Source: the human T2T-CHM13v2.0 reference genome, Homo sapiens | Direction: 5' to 3' (one strand) | DNA length: 64,000 nucleotides | NCBI RefSeq assembly: GCF_009914755.1 | Contig: NC_060933.1 | Shown: positions 27,758 through 39,172 of the stretch, piece by piece | How positions within the stretch are numbered: the first letter of the stretch is position 1 | How the letters are laid out: every line of letters begins with the position of its first letter | Made by a program: the position numbers and the translations under genes | Notes under the pieces: generated by a model | What the model saw: only the letters and a program-made list of their open reading frames with translations | What the model was told of the DNA's origin: nothing | The model's database searches: none

Positions 27758-28119
27758 AGCCTGGCATGGTGGCTCACACCTGTAATCCCAGCACTTTCAT
27801 AGGCCGAGGCAGGTGGGTCAGCTGAGGTCAAGTGTTCCAGACCAGCCTAACCAATATGGTGAAACCCCATCTCTACTAAAAGTACAAAAATTAGCCAGGC
27901 ATGGTGGTGTGAGCCTGTAGTCCCAGCCTGGCCAGCATAGTGAAACCCCATCTCTACTGAAATACAAAAATAGCCAAGTGTTATGTCACCTACCTGTAAT
28001 CCCAGCTACTAAGGAGGTTGAAGCAGGAGGATTGCTTGAATCCAGGGAGTGGAGGTTGCAGTGAGCAGAGATCATGCCAATGCACTCCGTCTTGGGCGAC
28101 AGAGCAAGACTGCATCTCA
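27758..28119 (+). mobile_element. AluS with duplicated about 80-bp middle segment and no poly(A) tail
   Basis: Alu left arm and linker, second linker segment from 27923, then right arm ending catctca. Confidence 0.92.
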
Positions 28120-28339
28120 GATGTCTATATTTAAATATTTTATATAAGAAATGGAAATCATAATGCAGATACAGAATTTTAAAGTTGGTTATCTCCTGCT
28201 ACCTCAAGTATTATTTTAGGATTAGTAAGGGAAATTACCTAAGTAAACATAGATGAATTATTCACATATAAATCTGAGATTCACTCATATATAATAATAT
28301 AATTTTTTACTAGACTTGGTGATCATAAGAAATATTATA

Positions 28340-30770
28340 AGAAAAGAAGACTATAGATCAATAGCTTTCATGGACATACATGCAAAATTCTGAATAAAAA
28401 TATTAGTAAATCACATCCAGCAATATACAAAAGGATTCCACATCCAGAATATATAAAAATGATACTACAAAAAAATAGAGTTTATTCTAGTAATGTAAGG
28501 TATAGTATTCAAAAATAGCAAAAAATGTAACTCACTATATAAAAGGGATCAATTTTTTAAAATCATGATTATATAAATAAATGGAAAAAAATTTAAAAAT
28601 ATCTATTTCATATATGTTAACAAACATATACTGAAAGTTGTAGCTAGTGCAATAAAAGAAGAAAAAATAAAGAAAGGAAGAAATAAAATTGCTGCTATTC
28701 ACAGAAGACATGAGGTTGTACATAGAAGGCCGTATGGGAGGCCTTCCAGAAAAAATATTAGAAACAATAAAAAATTGTAGCAAAATTGAAGGATACAATG
28801 TCAATATATAACAAGCACTTAGGTTTTTATATACTGGTGATGAACAAGAAATACTTGAAATTAAAAATAAATCAATTTAAAATTGTATCCAAGCCTGACA
28901 CTTCTAGAAATAAATCAAATAAAAATGGGTTTTCACCTTGAAAATTCTGAAATATTGCAGAAACAACTTGTCTTAAAATTAAAATAAATGAAATAATAAA
29001 ACATCAAAAGATTGGAAGACTCAAGATACTGTATATATCCATGTTACAGATTTGATATCATCGTAGCAGGCCTTTGTGAAGAAATTCATGCAATCATTCT
29101 AAAATGTATATAAAAATGCAAAAATCAAGAAAGCACTAAACAAGTTTTAATAAGAACAAAGTTAGAGGACTTATACCACCTGATTCCAAGACTTTCTATA
29201 AAGCTATAGTAACCAAAACAGTGTAGTATTGTATGAAGGATAGACCAATATATTGATATGTCAGAATAGAGAATATTGAAATTGATTCATACATATATAA
29301 TCTTTTTATTTTCAAGTGCAAAGTAAAAGGGGAAAAACCTATTTTACAAATGGCTTTGAATAAACTGGATATCTCTGTGGAAAGAAAAATAATCTTTATT
29401 TTTATTTTACTCCATATATGAATATAAATTTGAAATTCATCACATACCTAAATGGCTCATTAGAAATTGATAGCTTATAATGAAAAACATACGTGATTTT
29501 GTAGTAGATAGGGATTCCTTACAGTCCAGAAGGCACTTACAATAAAAAAATTATAAATTGGATTGCATCAAAATTTAAAATTTCTGCAAAAAAAAAGCAT
29601 GATTAAGAAGTTGTATAATCACGTAATACACTGTGAGAAATACATATAAGGCACAATACATATATATTTCAGTGCATGTGTTTATAGAAAATGCAAAGAA
29701 TATCTACAAATCTTTAATGAAAATACAACAGTCCAATAGAAAAATAGAGACAGACAAGTGACCAATAAGCACATAAAATCTTCAACTTCTCACTCATAGG
29801 TGGGAATTGAACAATGAGAACACTTAGACACAGGAAGGGGAACATCACACACCAGGGCCTGTCGTGGGGTGGGGGGAGGCGGGAGGGATAGCATTAGGAG
29901 ATATACCTAATGTAAATGACGAGTTAATGGGTGCAGCACACCAACATGGCACATGTATACATACTTAACAAACCTGCACGTTGTGCACATGTACCCTTGA
30001 ACTTAAAGTATAATTTTAAAAAAAGAAAAAAAAAGTCTTCAACTTCTCAAGATTACACGTGACCAAAAAAAAAGTCAATTTAAATAACAATAAAATGCCA
30101 GTAAATGTTTACTAGATTTTTCAAAATGAAAAAATGATATTGAAAATAACAAATGTTGGCAAATTATCAAATATATGGTGCAATTAGAACTCTCATAAAT
30201 TAATGATGGGAAAGTAAAACAGTAAAACTATTGTGATGAATTATTCAGAGGTTTCTATTAAAGCTAAATAGACACATATTCTATAACAATTTCATTCCTA
30301 GGTATTTACTTGAGAAATTCACAGCTATAGCCACAAAATGACTTCTATACAATTATCTATATAAGACTGATTCATAATAGCCAAAATCTGTTAACAGCAA
30401 TAGAATAGGTAAATTATGGTACATCCCATTCATACAATGGAAAATTACTCAACAATAAAAAGTAACAACTTATTGACACATAAAATTACTCAAAATATTA
30501 GATTAAGCAAGAGAAGCTGGACACAACACATTGTATGATTCATATTTACATGAAAAATAGGCTAAACTAGTCTGAGGTGATAGAAATCAGAAAGGTGGTT
30601 GGATAACGGGTGAATTATAGTCAAAATTTCTAGAAAAATAAATGAAGGAAACTTTGTGGGTTATTGAACTGTTTATATTATTTTGTGTACATAAAATTTT
30701 TAAAACTAACCCAACTAGACTCTTAATATCTCTACATTTTGTTGAATGTAAAATATATCTTAATTTTAAA
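28340..30770 (+). mobile_element. Old L1ME-like ORF2 and 3' UTR, interrupted by L1PA
   Basis: atgcaaaattctgaataaaaatattag, tattcacagaagacatga (FADDM-like), agaacaaagttagaggactta, tctgaggtgatagaaatcaga. Confidence 0.8.
29787..30034 (+). mobile_element. L1PA (about PA3-5) 3' end, 5'-truncated, with poly(A)
   Basis: Canonical L1PA 3' UTR; 14-bp perfect direct repeat TCTTCAACTTCTCA at 29779-29792 and 30036-30049. Confidence 0.95.
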
Positions 30771-30896
30771 AAGAGGTGGAAACATAGGGTAAGAAATAGA
30801 AGATAAATAACTAACAGTTTGTTCTAATTAACATTTTTTCTTGTATTAATGATTGGAAAGCTTTAGAGGAAAAAATGTATTTATTACATTATTTTA

Positions 30897-31670
30897 TTAA
30901 CAGTCATTTGAAAACATCAAAAGCCAAATTATAAAACACCTCTCATATATATGTATTTTAAAATTTAGTTTGATTGCACTGTGGTCTGAGAAACAGTTTG
31001 TTATAATTTCTGTTCTTTTACATTTGCTGAGGAGTGCTTTACTTCCAACTATGTGGTCAATTTTGGAATAAGTGTGGTGTGGTGCTGAGAAGAATGTATA
31101 TTCTGTTGATTTGGGGTGGAGAGTTCTGTAAATGTCTATTAGGTCTGCTTGGTGCAGAGCTGAGTTCAATTCCTGGATATCCTTGTTAACTTTCTGTCTC
31201 GTTGATCTGTCTAATATTGACAGTGAGGTGTTAAATTCCCCCATTATTGTTGTGTGGGAGTCTAAGTCTCTTTGTAGGTCTCTAAGGACTTCCTTTATGA
31301 ATCTGGGTGCTCCTGTATTGGGGGCACATATATTTAGGATAGTCAGCTCTTCTTGTTGAATTGATCCCTTTACCATTATGTAATGGCCTTCTTTGTCTCT
31401 TTTGATCTTTGTTGGTTTAAAGTCTGTTTTATCAGAGACTAGGATTGCAACCCCTGCCTTTTTTGGTTTTCCATTTGCTTGGTAGATCTTCCTCCATCCC
31501 TTTATTTTGAGCCTATGTGTGTCTCTGCACGTGAGATGGGTTTCCTGAATACAGCACACTGATGGGTCTTGACTCTTTATCCAATTTGCCAGTCTGTGTC
31601 TTTTAATCGGAGCATTTAGCCCATTTACATTTAAAGTTAATATTGTTATGTGTGAATTAGATCCTGTCAT
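30897..31670 (-). pseudogene. Open 257-aa frame: L1 ORF2p APE-like endonuclease (about aa 1-235) plus 22 flank-derived residues
   Basis: Translated track. N14, E43, D205 and H230 motifs are present, but NIYAPN reads NICAPN and GDFN reads GEFN. Confidence 0.9.
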
Positions 31671-32770
31671 TATGATGTTAGCTGGTTATTTTGCTCATTA
31701 GTTGATGCAGTTTCTTCCTAGCCTCAATGGTCTTTACAATTTGGCATGTTTTTGCAGAGGCCGGTACCAGTTTTTCCTTTCCATGTTTACTGCTTCCTTT
31801 AGGAGGAGCTCATGGAGGGCAGGCCTGGTGGTGACAAAGTCTCTCAGCATTTGCTTGTCTATAAAGGATTTTATTTCTCCTTCACTTATGAAGCTTAGTT
31901 TGGCTGGATATGAAATTCAGGGTTGAAAATTCTTTTCTTTAAGAATGTTGAATATTGGCCCCCACTCTCTTCTGGCTTGTAGAGTTTCTGCCAAGAGATC
32001 AGCTGTTAGTCTGATGGGCTTCCCTTTGTGGGTAACCTGACCTTTCTCTCTGGCTGTCCTTAACATTTTTTCCTTCATTTCAACTTTGGTGAATCTGACA
32101 ATTATGTGTCTTGGAGTTGCTCTTCTCAAGGAGTATCTTTGTGGCTTCTCTGTATTTCCTGAATTTGAATGTTTGCCTGCCTTGCTAGATTGGGGAAGTT
32201 CTCCTGGATAATATCCTGCAGAGTGTTTTCCAACTTGGTTCCATTCTCCCTGTCACTTTCAGGTACACCAATCAGACGTAGATTTGGTCTTTTCACATAG
32301 TCCCATATTTCGTGGAGGCTTTGTTCATTTCTTTTTATTCTTTTTTCTCTGAACTTCTCTTCTTGCTTCATTTCATTCATTTGACCTTCCATCACTGATA
32401 ACCTTTCTTCCAGGTGATCGAATCGGCTACTGAAGCTTGTGCATTTGTCACGTAGTTCTCGTGCCTTGGTTTTCAGCTCCATCAGGTCCTTTAAGGACTT
32501 CTCTGCATTGGTTATTCTAGCTAGCCATTCATCTAATCTTTTTTCAAGGTTTTTAACTTCTTTGCCATGGGTTCAAGCTTCCTCCTTTAGCTCAGAGAAG
32601 TTTGATCATCTGAAGCCTTCTTCTCTCAACTCGTCAAAGTCATTCTCCATCCAGCTTTGTTCCGTTGCTGGTGAGTAGCTGCGTTCCTCTGGAGGAGGAG
32701 AGGCGCTCTGATTTTTAGAATTTTCAGTTTTTCTGCTCTGTTTTTTCCCCATCTTTGTGGTTTTATCTAC
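30966..32770 (-). mobile_element. L1PA inverted 5' segment: whole ORF1 (ATG 32752, frameshifted) plus ORF2 endonuclease domain
   Basis: ORF1p pieces MELKTKAREL.. and MRRATPRHIIVRF..; ORF2p MTGSNSHITILTLNVNGLN. Confidence 0.96.
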
Positions 32771-34089
32771 AACTAACTGATCTTTGACAAACCTGACAAT
32801 AACAAGAAATGGGGAAACGATTCCCTATTTAATAAATGGTGTTGGAAAAACTGGCTAGCCATATGTAGAAAGCTGAAACTGGATCACTTCCTTACACCTT
32901 ATACAAAAATTAATTCAAGATGGATTAGAGACTTAAATCTTAGACCTAAAACCATAAAAACCCTAGAAGAAAACCTAGGCAATACCATTCAGGACATAGG
33001 CATGGGCAAGGACTTCGTGTCTAAAACACCAAAAGCAATGGCAACAAAAGCCAAAATTGACAAATGGGATCTAATTAAACTAAAGAGCGTCTGCACAGCA
33101 AAATAAACTACCATCAGAGTGAACAGGCAACCTACAGAATGAGAGAAAATTTTTTCAATCTACTCATCTGACAAAGGGCTAATATCCAGAATCTACAATG
33201 AACTCAACCAAATTTACAAGAAAAAAACAAACAACCCCATCAAAAAGTGGGTGAAGGTTATGAACAGACACTTCTCAAAAGAAGACATTTATGCAGCCAA
33301 AAAACACATGAAGAAATGTTCATCATCACTGGCCATCAGAAAATGCAAATCAAAACCACAGTGAGATACCATCTCACACCATTTAGAATGGTGATCATTA
33401 AAAAGTCAGGGAACAACAGGTGCTGGAGAGGATGTGGAGAAACAGGAACACTTTTACACTGTTGGTGGGACCGTAAACTAGTTCAACCATTGTGGAAGTC
33501 AGTGTGGCGATTCCTCAGGGATCTAGAACTAGAAATACCATTTGACCCAGCAATCCCATTACTGGGTATATACCCAAAGGATTATAAATCATGCTGCTAT
33601 AAAGACACACACACACGTATGTTTATTGTGGCACTATTCACAATAGCAAAGACTTGGAACCAACCCAAATGTCCAACAATGATAGACTAGATTAAGAGAA
33701 TGTGGCACATATACACCATGGAATACTATGCAGCCATAAAAATATGATGAGTTCATGTCCTTTGTAGGGACATGGATGAAGCTGGAAACCATCATTCTCA
33801 GCAAACTATCGCAAGGACTAAAAACCAAACACTGCATGTTCTCACTCATAGGTGGGAATTGAAGAATGAGAACACTTGGACACAGGAAGGGGAACATCAC
33901 ACACTGGGGCCTGTTGTGGGGCATGGGGAGGGATAGCATTAGGAGATATACCTAATGTAAATGACAAGTTAATGGGTGCAGCATACCAACATGGCACATG
34001 TATACATATGTAACAAACCTTCATGTTGTGCACATGTACCCTAAAACTTAAAGTATAATTAAAAAAAAGAAAAACAAACAAAAAATAAT
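32765..34089 (+). mobile_element. L1PA (about PA3-5) 3' 1.3 kb with poly(A); non-inverted half of the same insertion
   Basis: ORF2 C-terminal and 3' UTR sequence; 6-nt junction overlap ATCTAC at 32765-32770. Confidence 0.96.
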
Positions 34090-34091
34090 AA

Positions 34092-34435
34092 TTTATTTTT
34101 AAGTTCCGGGATACATATGTGTAACGTGCAGGTTAGTCACATAGGTATATGTGTGCCATGGTGGTTTGCTGCACCTATCAACCCATCACCTAGATGTTAA
34201 GCCCCACATGCATTAACTATTTATCCTGATGCTCTCCCTCCCCCCACCCCCCTGACAGGCCCCAGTGTGTGTTGTTTCCCTCCCTGTGTTCATGTGATCT
34301 CATTGTTCAGCTCCCACTTATGAGTGAGAACACTCATGTTTGGTTTTCTGTTCTTATAGTAGTTTGCTGAGGATAACGGCTTCCGGCTTCATCCATGTCC
34401 TTGCAAAGGACATGATCTCATTTCTTTTTATGGTT
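34092..34435 (-). mobile_element. Older L1PA (about PA8-11) 3' end
   Basis: Antisense of gggagagcatcaggataaatag.taatgcatgtggggcttaa..ctaggtgatgggttgatagg. Confidence 0.9.
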
Positions 34436-34649
34436 AAATAGTTAACATATCTCACATTTTTGAATTAATATTGCAACAAAGCAGAATTGGATACTTAAAA
34501 AACATGATGTATGATTCTCATTCTTCCAGAGTATTTAACTCTCATTCTTCTGAGCAAATTAAGGGGAAATTTACACAGGCAAAATTAGTAAAATTTCACT
34601 CAGTAATAAGCAAAGGAATTACATGTGTAATAAAAAGACAAATTGTTTT

Positions 34650-34800
34650 TAGAAGCAAACCTACCTGGATTCAAATCCAAGGTTTACCATTTACTCTCCA
34701 TATTCCCCTGAGAAATTTATTTACTGCTTATGAATCTGTCTTCTTACTTAAAATTTTTTAAGTATTAATATTAATGACGGTAGGTTATTGTGCATTTAAA
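34650..34800 (+). mobile_element. MIR fragment
   Basis: acctggattcaaatcc...ccatttact...agaaatttattta. Confidence 0.55.
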
Positions 34801-34918
34801 AATCACTTTTATATCACGATATTACATAGCAGCAACTATAAATATGATATATTTGGAAACCAATGTTCTCTCAATTTAGCATTTAACTGCTGCAGAGTAG
34901 CTATTAAGACACAAATGC

Positions 34919-35224
34919 AGCCAGGTATGATGGCTTACACTTGTAATCCCAGCACATTGGGAAGCCGAGGCAGGTGGATCACCTGAGCTCAGGAGTTTGA
35001 GACTAGCCTGGCCAACATGAGGAAATCCCATCTCTGCAAAAACACACAAAAATTAGCTGGGTGTGGTGGCAGGCACCTGTAGTCCCAGCTACTCCGAAGG
35101 CTGAGGTGGGAAGATGGCTTGAACCTGGGATTCAGAGGTTACAGTGAGCAGAGATCACTCACGCTACTGCTCTCCAACCTAGGTACAGTATGAGACAGTG
35201 TGAAAAAAAAGCAAAACAGAACAA
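34919..35224 (+). mobile_element. AluJ (Jb-like)
   Basis: Full dimer, diverged, gctgaggtggga.gat.gcttga, A-rich tail. Confidence 0.92.
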
Positions 35225-35269
35225 AAGACAAATATTAGTGGTGTTTGGAATTTGGAAAATTAAGGTAGA

Positions 35270-35389
35270 AATTCGTAACTTGATTATTGAAGACTTGCCA
35301 TTAATATAATATCATAACTTCATTCATAATTCATAACTTGATTATGAATTCATAACTTGATATTGGAGACTTGCCATTACTGTAATATC
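35270..35389. repeat. Complex local duplication: two 43-44-bp copies with a spacer of sub-repeats
   Basis: aattc(g/a)taacttgat(t)attg(a/g)agacttgccatta(a/c)t(a/g)taatatc at 35270-35313 and 35347-35389. Confidence 0.9.
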
Positions 35390-35586
35390 TCCAGCTACTT
35401 CATTCTCTGCATTTGCAAGATTTCAAGCATAATTTTGATTTTTCTTTGAAAGTATAGAAGAAAATTCTGTTTTCTTTACTGTATGGCTTCAAGATCATTC
35501 TGATTACTGTAGTTTCTGATCAAGGTTACAATTGCCACCCAATCTTGGCCAGTCCTTGCTAGCGCCGTAATCTTAGGTAAATTATT

Positions 35587-35711
35587 TGAAAGCTGTAACA
35601 CACAGCTTATACCTTCATTTATATACTCTTGTCTAAAGAGTATTTCATTATTATGTACTCTTGTCTAAGGAGTATATAAATAAAGGTATAAGCTGTGTGT
35701 TACAGCTTTCA
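35587..35711. repeat. Inverted repeat with 42-bp arms (41/42 identical) and 41-bp spacer
   Basis: 35587-35628 is the reverse complement of 35670-35711 with one mismatch. Confidence 0.96.
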
Positions 35712-35859
35712 TCAAAGCTCATCAAAGAAGATGGTCCCCTTTCACTAGGTTTGAAACTTCAGAAAGTTAAAATACAGAAAGGTAAGTGGGGACACAGAAA
35801 TTGAAACCACACTGATGAGCAACGTGGTGAAGAATATTACAGCAAGCTAGTGGGGTCTC

Positions 35860-35990
35860 CATTTTCTTCATTTGGAAAGTGGAGGTTAATAATTTTACCT
35901 AAGAGAATTACTATGCGTTTTAAACTAAATAAATGTGAAAATACCTGTCAAGTGCTTATAGAGTGGGAGTCCAATAAGTTAATTTTCTCC
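35860..35990 (+). mobile_element. MIR 3' half
   Basis: ctccattttcttcatttggaaagtggaggttaataat...aaatgtgaaaatacct. Confidence 0.6.
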
Positions 35991-37424
35991 CATTCTCAGT
36001 AAAGCAGATTGTTTCATATAGATATGCTTTATAATATATATTTTGATTTTGAGCACAAAATGTTGAGCAAAATCTTCTCTACAGTGCAAATTTTATGATA
36101 TGAGCATGGAATACAGGTAATGCTGTACTCTAACACACCTGTTTATGCTTTAATTCTTAAATAACTATATTACTTCATATCCTAAATGAACATTCATGAT
36201 CAAAAAACTTCTGGCAAAATTGGTAAAATAAATTAACTAGTTAATTATTTTTTAACTAAGTTTGAAAGAAAATTTCTTGGGTTTTTTTTGGTTTGTTTGT
36301 TGGTTGGTTTTTCTATCTATGGATCATGATGTGAATCTTTTACAGAGCCGCTGAGTGTTTTTCCCCTATTCTAGCTATGCTGAGTTTTGGGCTATCTTCA
36401 ATAATTAGTGAGTTTAACAGCAAGTAGAAAATTTAGAGACTTATTTCACACAAAGATGATGAACATATGGAATAAGCTGCTAACTTAGTCCATTGGAGCA
36501 GATAATAAAATTTAGTTTAGCAACACAAAATTTGTTTCTAAAAGAGGGTGAAGATAGCAGGAAAGAATTAGAGAGAATTGATGCCAGTGTCTTAGAGAAT
36601 GTCAGATACTCAGATAAAGAAGGTTTTCTAATGTTCACATGGCCTTTCCGCGCACCTCTGTCTTATTATTTTTTATGTCCTTAGGATATTTTAATTTTCT
36701 GGAAACGAATATAATTGTGACTAGCTTTGCAAAAATTGCTGCTGTATACCATAATGCATGCTATAAACCATGCAGGGATCTTAAAGTGCGTAATCGGGCT
36801 GCAGATGGCACTGTTAATTTCTATTACAGACTGTAAAATCACGAGGGAGATCGTGTTTGCCTCACTGCCTCACTGTTCTACGAGAATGATTTTTGATGGT
36901 TTCCCTTACTGCACAACTTTTCTCCAAAGTGTTTGTCTTTTAGAAAGGCCAGAAGGAAGTTACTGGCTTTTAAAAAATCTGTGCAAAACTACCAAGGTGC
37001 TCTGCTCCCTGCCATCCCGGGTTTGCTAGCCTTATTTAGGGAAGGTACAGGAGTCTGAGCACTTGGAATAACATGAGCCTTCTGGGGGTTGGGAATTTAT
37101 GAAAATACTAACTCTCTGTTTCATAACAAATGTAGAGTATCATTTGAAACTATATTTATGAAAATTCTTTTATAAATGAAGTTAAATAAAAGCCAATTAT
37201 TTAAAAATATGTATAATACATATACACACATTTATATACATATAAAAGCAAACATATTTTTCTTGTTTTGTCACAACTCTATATTCTTCAATGGAATTTT
37301 GCCTCAATAATGTCCACCATCTGGTTTCATCCAAAGGACAATAATATTTTTAGGTCTGTAGGTTTGAAACCTCCAAACCTCCATCAAATTCAAGAAACCC
37401 TTCTAGCCAACTTTTTGGTGAATT

Positions 37425-37647
37425 GTTGGCAAGGTGTTGACTTTGAAATCATGAGACCTGTGTTTGGTTCTTAGAAGCAACACTTAATAAGTGTGTGATA
37501 TTATAGTTCCCCTACCATTTCTGTTTTCGCATTCTCTTATCTAAAAATAAATAATTTACTGGGGTCTAATGGGATTAAATACAATAACGTTTGTAAAGTA
37601 TTTAGCATAATTCAAAGTATGTGGTAAGCCCATAACGACATTTACTA
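37425..37647 (+). mobile_element. MIR
   Basis: gactttgaaatca..agacctgtgttt...ggattaaatacaataacgtttgtaaagtatttagcataa. Confidence 0.75.
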
Positions 37648-38429
37648 AGAATCTGCTTTTGTGTGTGTTTTATTCACTTTAAATATTTGAAGCTAATTTG
37701 ATATATATATATGTGTGTGTATACATATCTCCAAGTACTTCATTTCCCATGGAAATACACTCACTTTATTCAAACTGTAAGTTCTTTTTCCATAGACCAA
37801 GTAAAGAACCTTACTTAGGAATGTAGCACTTTTAAGACTTTGCTCCAAATTATGCAGACACAAGCCATTTTAATTTGAAAGGCATTCACTAAAGAGGGTA
37901 GATGGGATTAAAGAATAGAAATGTATAAGACGTGGTTAAGACTTTTTTGGCTTTACTGCTGTTGATTCAAAGAATAAACAGATTGCACAAAGGTGCTAAA
38001 ATGATTTCAGGCCAAACTTTGAGGCAAGTACTCCATGTGAATATTATTGCCTTTCACCAATGTAACTATCACTTCCACGCAGGGTTAGGCAACTTATAAA
38101 AGTTGGTCTGCCTTAAATCAGTTAGTGTTCCAGGATTAAATCTCTTCATCTTATAAGCTCAACAAAACTGAAATATTTTAAATAGGATATCATTCATGAC
38201 CATGACAATACAATATCAGTAATTTAATGCCTCAATCATGATGATTTAATCTTTTATGATATGCCTTTGGATGATCTAGTTAAGAGTGCAGATTGCAAAA
38301 TAGTTATGTTTTTTCATAAAATAATACTGCATTGAGTCATAATATGCCTCTTTTCTCTGTTACCTATGCCTAAGTTTTGTAACCTCAAATAGTCATTATG
38401 TAAAGAAGCCACTGTTCTTAATACTGTCT

Positions 38430-38762
38430 TGAAATGTAGATTCATAATTACAATTTCCATTGAACAACTCACCTAGATGTAGACATAGATGAGTTACAAT
38501 AGACACTGTAAACACAATATGTTTAAATCTTAACTTACTGACTCTCCACTGACAACCTCGTCCACCTTCTCACTTTCCTACTGGTTAGTGGTATCCTTTT
38601 CTTTTTTTTTTAATGACATTCACTCAACAGATTCATTCAACTAATTTCATGAAGCTCATACTACATGCCAAAATTGTACTGGATGCTGGAGATACTAAAA
38701 CGATCAGGATCAATGTGGTTTCTGCTTTCAAATGCATTGCATTCTAAATGGAGAAAGACAAA
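38430..38762. mobile_element. L2 fragments (+ strand 38430-38600; - strand 3' end 38617-38762)
   Basis: cacctagatgt...aatatgtttaaatc; cattcaac...tactacatgccaa...tggatgctggagatac. Confidence 0.65.
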
Positions 38763-38821
38763 AGATTTTTTTTAAGTACAACTTGGGGTGATAAATAATC
38801 TGTCCAAAGCAAAATATTACT

Positions 38822-39172
38822 CACAGCTTTGTTGTGATATAATTTATATAACGTAGAGTTCGCCTGTCTAAAATGTGCAAATCAATGCTGTTTATTATAT
38901 TCACAAATTTGTGTCCACATGACCAAAATCTAATTTTAGAACATTTTTTTACTCCCCATTGACCCGTACTTACCCATAGCAACCATTGTTCTTTCTATCT
39001 CTGTAGCTGCTGCTATGCTGCACAATAGAATCATTCAATATGCTATTAGAACTATATTTTATCACTTGGCATAATGTTTTCAAAGTTTGTCCATCTTACA
39101 TTTATTAACAATTTCTACCTTTTATTGTCAAATAATTTTCTCTTTTATGGATATGTAAAATATTTGATTCAG
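38822..39172 (-). mobile_element. L1MB-like 3' end
   Basis: acagctttgttgtgatataatttata...tctaattttagaacatttt...cacttggcataatgttttcaaagtt. Confidence 0.8.
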
